From contig JAEWTW010000026.1 in assembly GCA_023397655.1 (NCBI GenBank), forward strand, positions 182,463 to 246,462: DNA of 64,000 bases, in the 5' to 3' direction. Shown here piece after piece: positions 45,898 through 55,292 of this stretch. The position numbers and the translations under genes are program-made. The number at the start of each line of letters is the position of its first letter. Within the stretch, counting starts at the first letter, position 1. The notes under the pieces are model-generated. The model was not told where the DNA came from. It was given only the letters and a program-made list of their open reading frames with translations, and made no database searches. Source of the DNA: Bacillota bacterium (GTDB lineage Bacteria > Bacillota > Clostridia > Christensenellales > SZUA-584).

Positions 45898-47559
45898 TCA
45901 ACTTATCTTGGTGGTGACGAGGGGAGAATTGCCCCCGTCGCACAATATTGCATTCTGGCCCTGGCCAGAAGCATTTTCGCTTCCTTCTGAGAGCTTAATA
46001 GAACCTACGATGTCCTCGATCTCTTTGGTTATTGATATATCCTTGCAGAAGTTGAATACTACCTCTACCCAGTCTTTATAGACAATAACCTTATCGATAA
46101 ATGTCTCTACCAATACCTTAGTCATTTTCAGAGTACCGACTTCAAGCTGATTTCTTGCAATCCTGAACATCTTTGTGATCTCTTCTTCATTAAGCTGCTT
46201 GATATTGGCGTTCTTACAAAGCTCCTGATAGCTTTCATTTAGACGTTCTTTTTCTTGTTCAAGCTCGCTGAGCTTCTTTGCTAACGCGGTTGATGGCGAT
46301 GCCATAATCATTTCAACAATGTTGTCGATAGACTTCGTGACTTCTTTGATCTTCTTCTCGTAATTCGCCTTCGTATTTATATGCCCGGCATTCTTGCTCA
46401 GTTGATATTCACCGTAGGCCGCACAGATTTTTGGAATCAGCGTTTCATCAAAAAGATATTCTGCAAGCTTCTCCATAACAAAGGTTTCAAGGTATTCCCT
46501 GCGTATTTCTTTGTTCTCACAGCCGTTACGGCTCTTTCTGCCAGTACAAGCATAGGTCACATGCAACGTCTTTTTGCGTCCGGAGTTCTTCCGGTTTCCC
46601 GTATAGACTCTCCCGCATTCTCCGCAGATGACTTTTCTGGAAAGCAGGTAGACCTCTTTGGCGTTATTGCATGACCTGATTTTTCTGCGTGATTCCATTT
46701 TTTTAAGAGCAAGTTGGTAGTCTTCCTTGGAAATAATCTGTGGCACTCCGCCTTCAATACGAACCATCTCTTCTTCAGCTTTATACAGGTGGCTGTTTCT
46801 CCTGCCATCAATATCCTTTGAAGACATGCGATTGAAGATGTATACGCCGGTATATCGTTCATTTCTCAGAATACTTGAAATGGAGCCTTTACTGAAAGGT
46901 TTTCCGGCTTTGGTCATATACCCCTGAGCGTTTAGCGCATCTGCGATTACACCGTAACCGCTCCCTTCTATATACATCTGAAATATCATTCGAACGGCTT
47001 CAGCTTCTTTTTCATTGATGGTGTACTTTTTTGTATCGGGATCGACATTGTAACCAAGCGCTCCGGTACCGCCAGTATGCAGTCCTTTAAGTGCATTTTC
47101 AGTCATGCCTTTTTGTACTTCTCTGGCAAGGTTTTTAGAATAGTACTCAGCCATCGCCTCAAGTACGCTCTCCAGGATAATGCTCTCCGGGCCGTCGTCC
47201 AGATATTCCAAAACACTTAAGAGAGATATACCGCTTCTCTTAAGCTCTGTCCGGTAACCAATGCTATCACTTCTGTTTCGCGCAAACCGGTCGAGTTTAT
47301 GAACGATGACCACATCAAACAGATCTTTCTTTGCATCCTTGATCATTGTCAAAAACTCAGGACGGTTATCTGTCATTGCCGATTTTGCACGATCAATGTA
47401 TTCAGCAACAACGATAATATCATTTCGCTTTGCGTATTCGTTTATCGCACGAAGTTGAGCATCAATTGATTCATCTCTCTGGTTATCCGAAGAGAATCTT
47501 GCATAAACCGCCGCACGTACCGTTCCTCTGTTTTCTCTGATTTTTTCTAAAACTTTCAT
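45898..47559 (-). CDS. large serine recombinase (LSR), copy 2
   Basis: 553 aa, collinear with copy 1. There are 6 substitutions in the first 108 aa and a one-codon indel. The C-terminal tail differs after ...CDGG. Confidence 0.9.
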   Translation of the reverse strand: MKVLEKIRENRGTVRAAVYARFSSDNQRDESIDAQLRAINEYAKRNDIIVVAEYIDRAKSAMTDNRPEFLTMIKDAKKDLFDVVIVHKLDRFARNRSDSIGYRTELKRSGISLLSVLEYLDDGPESIILESVLEAMAEYYSKNLAREVQKGMTENALKGLHTGGTGALGYNVDPDTKKYTINEKEAEAVRMIFQMYIEGSGYGVIADALNAQGYMTKAGKPFSKGSISSILRNERYTGVYIFNRMSSKDIDGRRNSHLYKAEEEMVRIEGGVPQIISKEDYQLALKKMESRRKIRSCNNAKEVYLLSRKVICGECGRVYTGNRKNSGRKKTLHVTYACTGRKSRNGCENKEIRREYLETFVMEKLAEYLFDETLIPKICAAYGEYQLSKNAGHINTKANYEKKIKEVTKSIDNIVEMIMASPSTALAKKLSELEQEKERLNESYQELCKNANIKQLNEEEITKMFRIARNQLEVGTLKMTKVLVETFIDKVIVYKDWVEVVFNFCKDISITKEIEDIVGSIKLSEGSENASGQGQNAILCDGGNSPLVTTKIS

Positions 47560-47713
47560 CGCTTCCTCCTTAATAGAAATAGGAAGCTAATGCAGCATGA
47601 ACATTATTAAATTGTCAATGTTCTTATATGTTACCTTAAGTGTATCAGCTTCCGTTTTATAATCAAGGCTGTCAAATGTCTTGCTCGTTATATTGGCATT
47701 CGTAAATACAACC
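45908..47713 (-). mobile_element. conserved LSR unit copy 2
   Basis: Same boundaries logic as copy 1. The upstream homology with copy 3 runs ~40 bp further than with copy 1 (to ...aaatacaacc). Confidence 0.7.
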
Positions 47714-47829
47714 ATTCGTGCGTTTAACAGCGTCACGTCGCCAATGTTTAATATTTACTCACTCAACGTGCGTCGATATTAGTCAACTGCTGCGTATGTT
47801 TCCTCACCACTGAACCGTCGTGTGTTGTT

Positions 47830-47867
47830 AAAAGCAATAAAAAGAAGGCGGTTTTTACTTAACCGCC
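47830..47867 (-). terminator. rho-independent terminator after the ars genes
   Basis: Minus-strand ggcggtt / aagtaaa / aaccgcc followed by ttctttttattgctttt. Confidence 0.75.
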
Positions 47868-47893
47868 CACTTCTTTGTTAACTTGAAACAGTG

Positions 47894-48343
47894 TTAACAA
47901 CAACATCCACTGTTACCGCTGCAGCAACAGCCGGAATTCTTTGATGTTTCCTGCTTTTCTTCTATTCCTAAAGCTTTGTACGCCGCCTGGCGAATGGCTT
48001 TAGCGGGGATATCATCGTAATCGTTACCTTCAAATTTAACCGCTCGACAATATGTTTCTTTTCCCAATAAAGCAGTACAAGACTCACAATAGTTATCATA
48101 AACTTCTATATCGAGTATGTCTTCAATGGGGACTCCATTAAACAGCACGGTATTCGATTGTGGGATTTGATTATCATCAAGTTTTGTCTCGGTCAGTTCG
48201 AAAACAATACCCTGAGGCTCAAGAGTCCTTTTTAATCTCTTTACCTCATTTGCAAGATTTTCACCCGTATCATAGCAGCGATCACAAGTATCACCTTCTA
48301 CGTCAAGGTGTCTCCATTCAATTTTAAGCGTTTTCAAAATCAT
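47894..48343 (-). CDS. DUF2703-like protein with a poly-Cys tail
   Basis: LKIEWRHLDVEGDTCDRC N-terminus (recalled from ars-linked DUF2703). C-terminus NSGCCCSGNSGCCC. 4-nt overlap with arsM. Confidence 0.6.
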   Translation of the reverse strand: MILKTLKIEWRHLDVEGDTCDRCYDTGENLANEVKRLKRTLEPQGIVFELTETKLDDNQIPQSNTVLFNGVPIEDILDIEVYDNYCESCTALLGKETYCRAVKFEGNDYDDIPAKAIRQAAYKALGIEEKQETSKNSGCCCSGNSGCCC

Positions 48344-49158
48344 CTCTCCTCTTTTTTGTTGATTACTGGTTTATTTGCTTCGATAATAAACGATGCGACA
48401 TAGTCTTCGACGTTTTTACCAAACCCCCATGATTTTATAATCTCTCTGCTATTTTCTTTTGGGGTTAACTGAATGTCACTGAATCCAGCGTTTTGAAGCA
48501 TTATTCTAACGTCTTCGACATATTCAGCGCCACCAATGCAGCCTGAAACCAATTGTAAATCTTCTCGTGTCTGTTCAGGGAGCTTTTCTGTTGCGACAAC
48601 GTCCGATACGGACAGTCTTCCGCCCTGTCTCAGAACTCTGAATGTTTCTTTAAAAACTTGCTCTTTATCTAAAGATAAGTTAATCACACAGTTAGAAATA
48701 ATAACATCGATTGATTCGTCGGCAACGGGCAAATGTTCAATTTCTCCTAATCTGAAATCTACTCGTGTATATCCACCATTATCGGCATTTTTTCTTGCGA
48801 GTGCGATCATATCAGGGGTCATATCAACGCCGATTACATAGCCTGATGCTCCAACCCGGCGGCTGGCAAGGAAACAATCAAAGCCACCGCCGCATCCAAG
48901 GTCAAGTACACTTTCTCCTTCTTTTAATTCAGCAATTGCTATAGGATTGCCGCATCCCAACCCCATATTGGCGTCTTTGGGCATATTTTTAAGATCCGCT
49001 TCCGTATATCCCAATTTCTTAGCCGAATCCTTAATATCAACTGGAACGCCGCTGCAACAGCACCCTCCTGCGCAGCATCCCCCGGTCGAACCGCTCTTAG
49101 CCACTTCCGCATAGTTTTTTCGGATAGCGTTTCGTATATCTTCTCTATTTTTTTTCAT
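48340..49158 (-). CDS. arsM: arsenite S-adenosylmethionine methyltransferase
   Basis: N-terminal GGCCAGGCCCSG Cys cluster. SAM motif VLDLGCGGGFD. Length 272 aa. Confidence 0.85.
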   Translation of the reverse strand: MKKNREDIRNAIRKNYAEVAKSGSTGGCCAGGCCCSGVPVDIKDSAKKLGYTEADLKNMPKDANMGLGCGNPIAIAELKEGESVLDLGCGGGFDCFLASRRVGASGYVIGVDMTPDMIALARKNADNGGYTRVDFRLGEIEHLPVADESIDVIISNCVINLSLDKEQVFKETFRVLRQGGRLSVSDVVATEKLPEQTREDLQLVSGCIGGAEYVEDVRIMLQNAGFSDIQLTPKENSREIIKSWGFGKNVEDYVASFIIEANKPVINKKEER

Positions 49159-49240
49159 AAGCTACCTCCTTTCAAAAAAAATACGTCTATTTGTAAAGAC
49201 GTACTTAGTTGAAAAAGGACGCATTTATTCTTCAACATTC

Positions 49241-49816
49241 TCAACAAAATTGGCAGTTTGAGCTTCTTTTTTTGTAATTAATTATATTCCCCAGACCATC
49301 AAACTCCAAACTGCAACACCCAAGTACCATTTCCTTAAGAATATCCCTTGCACGCTGCACCCGTGACTTTGCCCCGGACACGGAAATACCCACCATTTCA
49401 CTGTATTCCTTCTGGGTATGGTTTTCAAAAATGGTTATTTGAATTGCTTGCTTATATATTTCAGGAAGCTTATCAACCATATTTTTTAAGCAATAAGCTA
49501 TTTCTTTGTTAAAAGTCAAATCTTCATCCAGAACAAGCGGCAGTTCTTCCGGAATGCTTTCTAAATCTAAGCTCTTATGATTTCTCCGATAATAGTCTAT
49601 TATCGCGTTTCGAGTGACCCTGTAAATCCAGGCATGGACCTTTTGATCGTCCATTAATTTGTCTATGTTACTTATGAGTTTCAAAAAAACATCCTGAAGA
49701 ATATCTTCAATGTCCTCTTCATTTGACACACGATTCCTGATGAAATTTTTGAGCGGTGCTTTTGATTCTTCCCAATAGTCAATCAGACAAATCGACACTT
49801 CTATCACCCGTTTCAA
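49241..49816 (-). CDS. ECF-type RNA polymerase sigma factor (SigZ-like) with a Cys-rich C-terminus
   Basis: Region 2 EDILQDVFLKL...WIYRVTRNAIIDYYRR. Region 4 HTH. C-terminal GCCSLEF...NCQFC. The exact start is uncertain (TTG/GTG). Confidence 0.75.
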   Translation of the reverse strand: MKRVIEVSICLIDYWEESKAPLKNFIRNRVSNEEDIEDILQDVFLKLISNIDKLMDDQKVHAWIYRVTRNAIIDYYRRNHKSLDLESIPEELPLVLDEDLTFNKEIAYCLKNMVDKLPEIYKQAIQITIFENHTQKEYSEMVGISVSGAKSRVQRARDILKEMVLGCCSLEFDGLGNIINYKKRSSNCQFC

Positions 49817-49947
49817 GACCCATTAAGTCTATTTTTTAATATCAAGCTTAAACAATAACTACTATATGTTTATAAAATAGTAATCGAAAATAGGCCGAAC
49901 ATGCGAAAAATCATTTTGCGTCGTTAAAGCTTCCGCTTTCGCTTGCC

Positions 49948-50268
49948 TTAAAACGTGACAGTCTTATCTGCCCATTCTACCATTTTAACGCAATCGATCA
50001 TCGTTGAAATAGGGCAAACATCTGACCCTTCCATTTTGCGGGACTTTAAACATGTACCGCAAGCAAGTATTTCTCCGCCTACTTCAATAAATGCTTTAAG
50101 TTGCCGCGCTACATCAAACTTTTCATGAGTAAGCGCCTCGCATTCAACGGCTTCACCCATTAGAAAAACCTTAACTTCATGGGCTTCGTTTTTCGCCGTT
50201 ACAGCAAAACGAAATGCATTCCATGCCTTTTCAAATTCCCTTGTTTCAAGTATAATTCCAAGTTTCAT
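49948..50268 (-). CDS. DsrE/DsrF-like family protein
   Basis: Start moved to MKLGIILE. ~106 aa with ACGTC motif. Confidence 0.6.
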   Translation of the reverse strand: MKLGIILETREFEKAWNAFRFAVTAKNEAHEVKVFLMGEAVECEALTHEKFDVARQLKAFIEVGGEILACGTCLKSRKMEGSDVCPISTMIDCVKMVEWADKTVTF

Positions 50269-50332
50269 GATGTATACATCCTTTTCCACTACTAACAACC
50301 ATAGAGCTTTCAATCAATCACCAGATATGATA

Positions 50333-50372
50333 ACACCCATGTGGGGCCGAGGATACAATCCCACATGGGTGT
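50333..50372 (-). terminator. 13-bp perfect-stem hairpin downstream of hcp
   Basis: acacccatgtggg ... cccacatgggtgt. Weak T-run. Confidence 0.6.
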
Positions 50373-50385
50373 GGTTGCGATATTT

Positions 50386-52014
50386 TTAAGCCATAAACAG
50401 TTCGATATCGTCCTCTACTGTTCCAATTCCTGAAATGCCAAACTTCTCAACAAGTACATTGGCGACATTAGGCGACAGAAATCCAGGCAGACTCGGTCCG
50501 AGATGGATGTTCTTTACGCCCAGATATAAAAGCGCCAGAAGAACGATTACGGCCTTTTGCTCATACCAGGCAATGTTGAAAGCGATAGGCAGCTTGTTAA
50601 TGTCATCCAAGCCGAACACCTCTTTGAGCTTAAGCGCAATAATCGCCAGGGAATAGGAGTCATTGCACTGTCCGGCGTCCAATACACGCGGTATACCGCC
50701 AATATCGCCCAACTCCAGCTTATTGTAACGATATTTGGCGCAGCCAGCTGTCAGGATAACCGTATCTTTCGGAAGCTTATTCGCAAAATCGGTGTAATAA
50801 TCTCTTGACTTCATCCTGCCGTCACAGCCAGCCATGACAAAGAATTTTTTAATAGCACCGGATTTGACTGCTTCGACAACCTTGTCGGCGAGCGCGATTA
50901 CCTGATTATGTGCGAAGCCGCCTACGATGCTGCCCGTTTCAATCTCATCAGGCGCAGAGAGCGTTTTGGCAAGTACGATAATCTGAGAGAAGTCCTTTTT
51001 GCCGTCTGCGTCCGCCACAATGTGCGGGCATCCGGGATAGCCCGATGAGTTTGTCGTGAAGATGCGGTTCCTGACCTCCTCACTTTTTGGCGGGACAATG
51101 CAATTGGTAGTAAACAGAATCGGCCCATGGAAGGATTCGAACTCGCTAACCTGCTTCCACCACGCATTGCCATAGTTACCCACAAAGTTGTCATACTTCT
51201 TGAACGCAGGATAATAATGCGCCGGAAGCATTTCGCTATGGGTATAGACATCTACGCCAGTCCCCTTAGTTTGTTCCAGCAGTTGTTCCAAGTCGGTCAG
51301 ATCGTGGCCTGATATCAGAATGGCCGGATTCTTACGAACGCCGATATTCACCTCGGTGATTTCCGGATTACCGTATTTGGAGGTGTTGGCTTCATCTAAA
51401 AGGGCCATCGCCTTTACGCCATGTTCTCCGGTCTTCAACGTCAACGCAACCAGATCATCGGCAGATAGCGTGTTATCCAGCGTCGCGGCCAGCGCCTCAT
51501 AAATAAACGCATAAATCTCCAGGTTCTCCTTGCCAAGGTTTAGTGCATGCTCAGCATAAGCCGCCATACCCTTCAAACCATATGTAATCATCTCGCGCAG
51601 AGAACGGGCATCTTCGTTTTCGGAAGACAATACACCAATACCTGCTGCCTTTAAAAGCATGACTTCTCTGGTATCCACATTAAAGCTCGCGGCATCGTGC
51701 AGATCACTTGCGGTCACGGTTTTCTTCAGTCCATTTCTTAGAGAAAGAACCTTTTTTATCTGCGCTTCGATTGCTGCATCGTCAAAGTTGGCGTTGGTTA
51801 TAGTCATGAATAAACTATTCAACACCTGATGATTGGCATCATGCAGATTGGCGATATCAAGCTTGCCTTTCACCACTATTTCTGATACACCTTTTAGTGT
51901 GTAGATCAGTAAATCCTGCAATTTGGCAACTTCTTCGGTCTTTCCGCACACTCCGCGGACTTCACAGCCGGTTCCTCTGGCCGTTTCCTGACATTGATAA
52001 CAAAACATGCTCAT
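50386..52014 (-). CDS. hcp: hybrid-cluster protein / hydroxylamine reductase
   Basis: [24 protein letters not shown]-terminal cluster motif. 542 aa. Confidence 0.9.
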   Translation of the reverse strand: MSMFCYQCQETARGTGCEVRGVCGKTEEVAKLQDLLIYTLKGVSEIVVKGKLDIANLHDANHQVLNSLFMTITNANFDDAAIEAQIKKVLSLRNGLKKTVTASDLHDAASFNVDTREVMLLKAAGIGVLSSENEDARSLREMITYGLKGMAAYAEHALNLGKENLEIYAFIYEALAATLDNTLSADDLVALTLKTGEHGVKAMALLDEANTSKYGNPEITEVNIGVRKNPAILISGHDLTDLEQLLEQTKGTGVDVYTHSEMLPAHYYPAFKKYDNFVGNYGNAWWKQVSEFESFHGPILFTTNCIVPPKSEEVRNRIFTTNSSGYPGCPHIVADADGKKDFSQIIVLAKTLSAPDEIETGSIVGGFAHNQVIALADKVVEAVKSGAIKKFFVMAGCDGRMKSRDYYTDFANKLPKDTVILTAGCAKYRYNKLELGDIGGIPRVLDAGQCNDSYSLAIIALKLKEVFGLDDINKLPIAFNIAWYEQKAVIVLLALLYLGVKNIHLGPSLPGFLSPNVANVLVEKFGISGIGTVEDDIELFMA

Positions 52015-52035
52015 ATTAAATTTCCCCCAAAATAT

Positions 52036-52200
52036 TTAGTCTTTTATAAGTTCAAAATCATCTTTCCCCACAAAACAGACCGGGCAAACCCAATCGTCTG
52101 GAAGGTCTTCAAAGGATGTTCCGGGAGCAACTCCGCTGTCCGGATCACCTTGCTCAGGATCATAAATGTAACCGCAGGGGATGCATCTGTATTTTTTCAT
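52036..52200 (-). CDS. rubredoxin (54 aa; below the ORF-track size cut-off)
   Basis: Own translation: [54 protein letters not shown]. Contains CxxCG and CPxC. Confidence 0.9.
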   Translation of the reverse strand: MKKYRCIPCGYIYDPEQGDPDSGVAPGTSFEDLPDDWVCPVCFVGKDDFELIKD

Positions 52201-52240
52201 TTATTATTTTTCTCCATTCTCATACACTTTTTATAAACTC

Positions 52241-52810
52241 TTATTCTACGCCAAAAGCCTCTGCCCACGTATCAATCATAGCATGTAATTTTTCGTGGAT
52301 ACCGTGTCCCATGACATTCTCTTCATATTGCTCGAATTTTTCGAACAGAATATCTTGTTCGTTTTCGTCAATCACATTATCCGCCATTTGGAAAAGTACA
52401 TTGCCTTCTTTTTCAATATGGCTACGCAACAGGTCGCGGTATTGCACGGCGGCGTTATTGAATCCGTTAATATCCTTTTCATCAAGACAGCGGCTCATTT
52501 GTGCTATGTAGCTTCTCCCCTGAGCATGTTCCTGTAGCATTTGGCCGACGGGACCACCCTCATTAGGAATTCCTTTCTGAACAAGCTCTTTGAATAAATA
52601 ATTCTCTTCTTTGCCGTGGTGGCATTTATCTACAAATGTTTTTAAGAAATAGATCACCTCGTCATAATAACGAAGCAGAGATTCAGATTCGCTGCTATCC
52701 GATAGCATCATTTGATCGAGTATTTGTAACACATAAAGGATAGCATCATGTTCCTTTCGCAGATCTTGCGTTGCCTTACCCACTTTAATCCTCCTTATAT
52801 CATCAAACAT
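52241..52810 (-). CDS. hemerythrin-domain protein
   Basis: HHGKEE and H..E..LF motifs. 189 aa. Confidence 0.75.
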   Translation of the reverse strand: MFDDIRRIKVGKATQDLRKEHDAILYVLQILDQMMLSDSSESESLLRYYDEVIYFLKTFVDKCHHGKEENYLFKELVQKGIPNEGGPVGQMLQEHAQGRSYIAQMSRCLDEKDINGFNNAAVQYRDLLRSHIEKEGNVLFQMADNVIDENEQDILFEKFEQYEENVMGHGIHEKLHAMIDTWAEAFGVE

Positions 52811-52838
52811 TACGACACCATTTTATAAAATCTATTTT

Positions 52839-53153
52839 TTAGCTTTTCGGAGCAGGCGCCTTTATGACAATCAACTCCAATGTCTCATCATGCAGATTCT
52901 TGACATCCATTTTAGTTTGAAACGGGATTTTCAGAAGAGTCCCGGCCTCGTATTCATGGATTTCCTGTTCATCAAGGCCGATGGAGAGCTTCCCGCGAAC
53001 AACGGTCATATACACGTTCGAATTGGAGTGGTGTTCCGGTAGACCCTCGTCTTTATTAAACACCATGTGTAGATAATGAATATTTTCATCGAATATGACT
53101 TTTTCGATGGCTTTTTTATTGCCAAAAGAGAGTTTGAATATCTGCTCAACCAT
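52839..53153 (-). CDS. cupin-domain protein
   Basis: 104 aa. EHHSNSNVYMTVVRGK cupin core. Confidence 0.6.
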   Translation of the reverse strand: MVEQIFKLSFGNKKAIEKVIFDENIHYLHMVFNKDEGLPEHHSNSNVYMTVVRGKLSIGLDEQEIHEYEAGTLLKIPFQTKMDVKNLHDETLELIVIKAPAPKS

Positions 53154-53232
53154 ATTGAAATACCTCCTAAATATTTTATCACATCTTAAAAATTGTGTAG
53201 ATTTATTATACCAACAGCGCCATGATTTTTAT

Positions 53233-53246
53233 GTTGCAATTGCAAC
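53233..53246. promoter_or_regulatory. perfect 14-bp palindrome GTTGCAATTGCAAC upstream of the cupin-hemerythrin-rubredoxin-hcp genes
   Basis: Read directly from the sequence, ~80 nt upstream of the 53153 start. Candidate operator. Confidence 0.35.
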
Positions 53247-53272
53247 GTGTAAGGCGATCCCGCTTCTATTAC

Positions 53273-53662
53273 TTACAATAAAGACACTGGCAGCAGCTTG
53301 CTATAAATGGCTTTACTCTGTATATTCTCAATATATTCTTTTAAAGCAACGGCATTGTTATGTGTCTCATCCTTTGCAGCGTACACAAACGTGACCGTGT
53401 GCCCTGTCTGTTTCTCCATAATGGCGTGAACCAATACTTCCTTGGTTTGTAATTCTTCAAAATAGAGCCGTTTAAATTCAGGCCATTTCGATTCGTCGTG
53501 CGAAAACCACTTACGCAATAGGTTGCTGGGCGCAACTTCTTTGACCCATTCATCAATCTTGCCTTTGGCCTTGCTGACTCCCCGGGGCCAAAGACGGTCC
53601 ACCAGCATCCTGTAACCATCACTCTCTTCGTAGATATCGTACACCCGTTTCAACTTGATCAT
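53273..53662 (-). CDS. DUF488-family protein
   Basis: KRVYD...DRLWPRGVSK...W.KE.APS..LRKWF pattern. Confidence 0.7.
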   Translation of the reverse strand: MIKLKRVYDIYEESDGYRMLVDRLWPRGVSKAKGKIDEWVKEVAPSNLLRKWFSHDESKWPEFKRLYFEELQTKEVLVHAIMEKQTGHTVTFVYAAKDETHNNAVALKEYIENIQSKAIYSKLLPVSLL

Positions 53663-53803
53663 CTTCTAGCCTCCGCAGCCCCTTCGTATGCAAGCAGCAA
53701 ATCAACTAAATGCTTGTTCCATTTTATCAGCTTCTCAAGCAAAATAGAATGACCCGTTCCAGTATATTCCATTTCCTCACGTTTCCTCTTGACTCATATT
53801 GAA

Positions 53804-53974
53804 TTACTTTTGTTTCGCATTATTTTGTCTCTTCTTATCTAGTATTCGTTTACGCATACAATATGGCTCGTATTTTTTAAAGGCTGTATGATAGGCAATG
53901 CATTCTTCGCATTTACCAAATCGTTCGCAATCTTTTTTTTTGCAGGTGCAATTGTCTAATCCGTTTTTTAACAT
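53804..53974 (-). CDS. small Cys-rich protein (56 aa)
   Basis: Start moved to MLKNGLDNCTCKKKDCERFGKCEECIAYH. Confidence 0.4.
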   Translation of the reverse strand: MLKNGLDNCTCKKKDCERFGKCEECIAYHTAFKKYEPYCMRKRILDKKRQNNAKQK

Positions 53975-54020
53975 TACTTGCGAGCCGCCCAATGAAATAT
54001 TTTGCTTGAATGTATATATA

Positions 54021-54614
54021 TTATCTTTGCAAAAACCCTTTCTGGATGGAATCCTCAATCATTGCTTTGGCATACTCCCAAAGCAATGGTGCGTTCTCCT
54101 CTAATAGCTCATTTCGTTTCAGCACTTTCGCGCTCGCGATTCCTGGTTTTTGCCACGTATGCCCGCTTGTGTTATAGTTTAATATTAAAGGCTGAAACCT
54201 ATCTATGCCTGCAGCAAATCTGGATTCCGGCGTATTTAATTGCTCAAACTCGTTCCATAAATCCAAAATTTCTTTAGCCTGGTCTGATGGCAGGAGAGAG
54301 AATAATTTTTGGGCAGCCTTTTGTTCCCGTTCTTCTTTATCCTCATAACCTTTTTCGTCATAACAAAATGTATCTCCAGCGTCAATCTCCACTAGATCAT
54401 GGATAAGAACCATTTTTACCACTTTTAAGATATCTATGTTCTTATCTGTTGAATACTCAGAAAAAAGAATTGCCATCATTGCCAAGTGCCAGGAGTGCTC
54501 CGCATCATTCTCGTTTCTTTCTGTCCCGATAACAATATTCTGTCTAAATATTTGTTTCAATTTATCGATTTCTTTTATAAATTGAATTTGTTGCTCTAGC
54601 CTAGCGTTTACCAT
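54021..54614 (-). CDS. HD-domain phosphohydrolase (YfbR-like)
   Basis: AEHSWHLAMMA and IHDLVEIDAGD motifs. Confidence 0.75.
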   Translation of the reverse strand: MVNARLEQQIQFIKEIDKLKQIFRQNIVIGTERNENDAEHSWHLAMMAILFSEYSTDKNIDILKVVKMVLIHDLVEIDAGDTFCYDEKGYEDKEEREQKAAQKLFSLLPSDQAKEILDLWNEFEQLNTPESRFAAGIDRFQPLILNYNTSGHTWQKPGIASAKVLKRNELLEENAPLLWEYAKAMIEDSIQKGFLQR

Positions 54615-54658
54615 TTATCATGCTCCTTTTCTTATATTAAATTGCTTTAGAGGAGCCA

Positions 54659-55198
54659 TTAAAGTAAAGCTTTTAATGATTCATAGGTTTGATTGTATTT
54701 TTCGTGTATCATCTTTCTGTCAAATTCCCAAAATTCATTCAGCATTTTTTCTTGTTCATCGGCGCTGAAATATTTTTCTGTCTCGGGAAAAAATACATTA
54801 TCTTCTTTTTTAATATGCACTGGGTAGAACTGGGTTAAAAAGAATAGCTTTTCATAAATGACCTTAGCCTTTGAAGTGTCGCCGTTTTCGTATTGTTTGT
54901 TGGCCAAATAAAGATCCCCAACCGCTTTTCGCGCTTCAATATGCTCACGGATGAGTTCTTCCATCATGCTCTGGTCTGCTTCTATTAAATCCTTATCCAT
55001 TAATACCTTAAAAAGAATATCTTCTTCTTTTCCATGATGTGTCCGATCTGCGTAAGTCTTAATAAAATCTATAATAATACTAATTAAAGATGAGTTCGCC
55101 TTGTTCCCGTTTTTAATATTATCCAATTCTTTAGTTGCTAAATTCAGCATTTTTTCAATAAGCCTGTGCTCTATCATCAATGGCCCTCTTGGTTTCAT
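54659..55198 (-). CDS. hemerythrin-domain protein
   Basis: Start at MKPRGPLMIEHRLI (GGAGGGG upstream). HHGKEEDILF motif. Confidence 0.75.
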   Translation of the reverse strand: MKPRGPLMIEHRLIEKMLNLATKELDNIKNGNKANSSLISIIIDFIKTYADRTHHGKEEDILFKVLMDKDLIEADQSMMEELIREHIEARKAVGDLYLANKQYENGDTSKAKVIYEKLFFLTQFYPVHIKKEDNVFFPETEKYFSADEQEKMLNEFWEFDRKMIHEKYNQTYESLKALL

Positions 55199-55292
55199 AT
55201 CGAACCCCTCCAATATTTTGGTGTTGTTATATCAATAATAACACCAAAACCCCACTTAGTAAATCACTAGGCAAGACTTGGGCAGACGCTTA

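Larger units (their letters stand above)
19467..45907 (-). mobile_element. putative ~26 kb integrated island (LSR at the left end, all cargo co-directional)
   Basis: Begins right after the nqr-locus hairpin and ends where the next LSR unit begins. No att sites could be defined. Confidence 0.4.

Noticed and set aside
19467-47713. Considered the island to be a prophage.
   Set aside because: I recognised no terminase, portal, capsid, tail or lysis genes. The cargo is repeat proteins, a radical-SAM enzyme and signalling genes.
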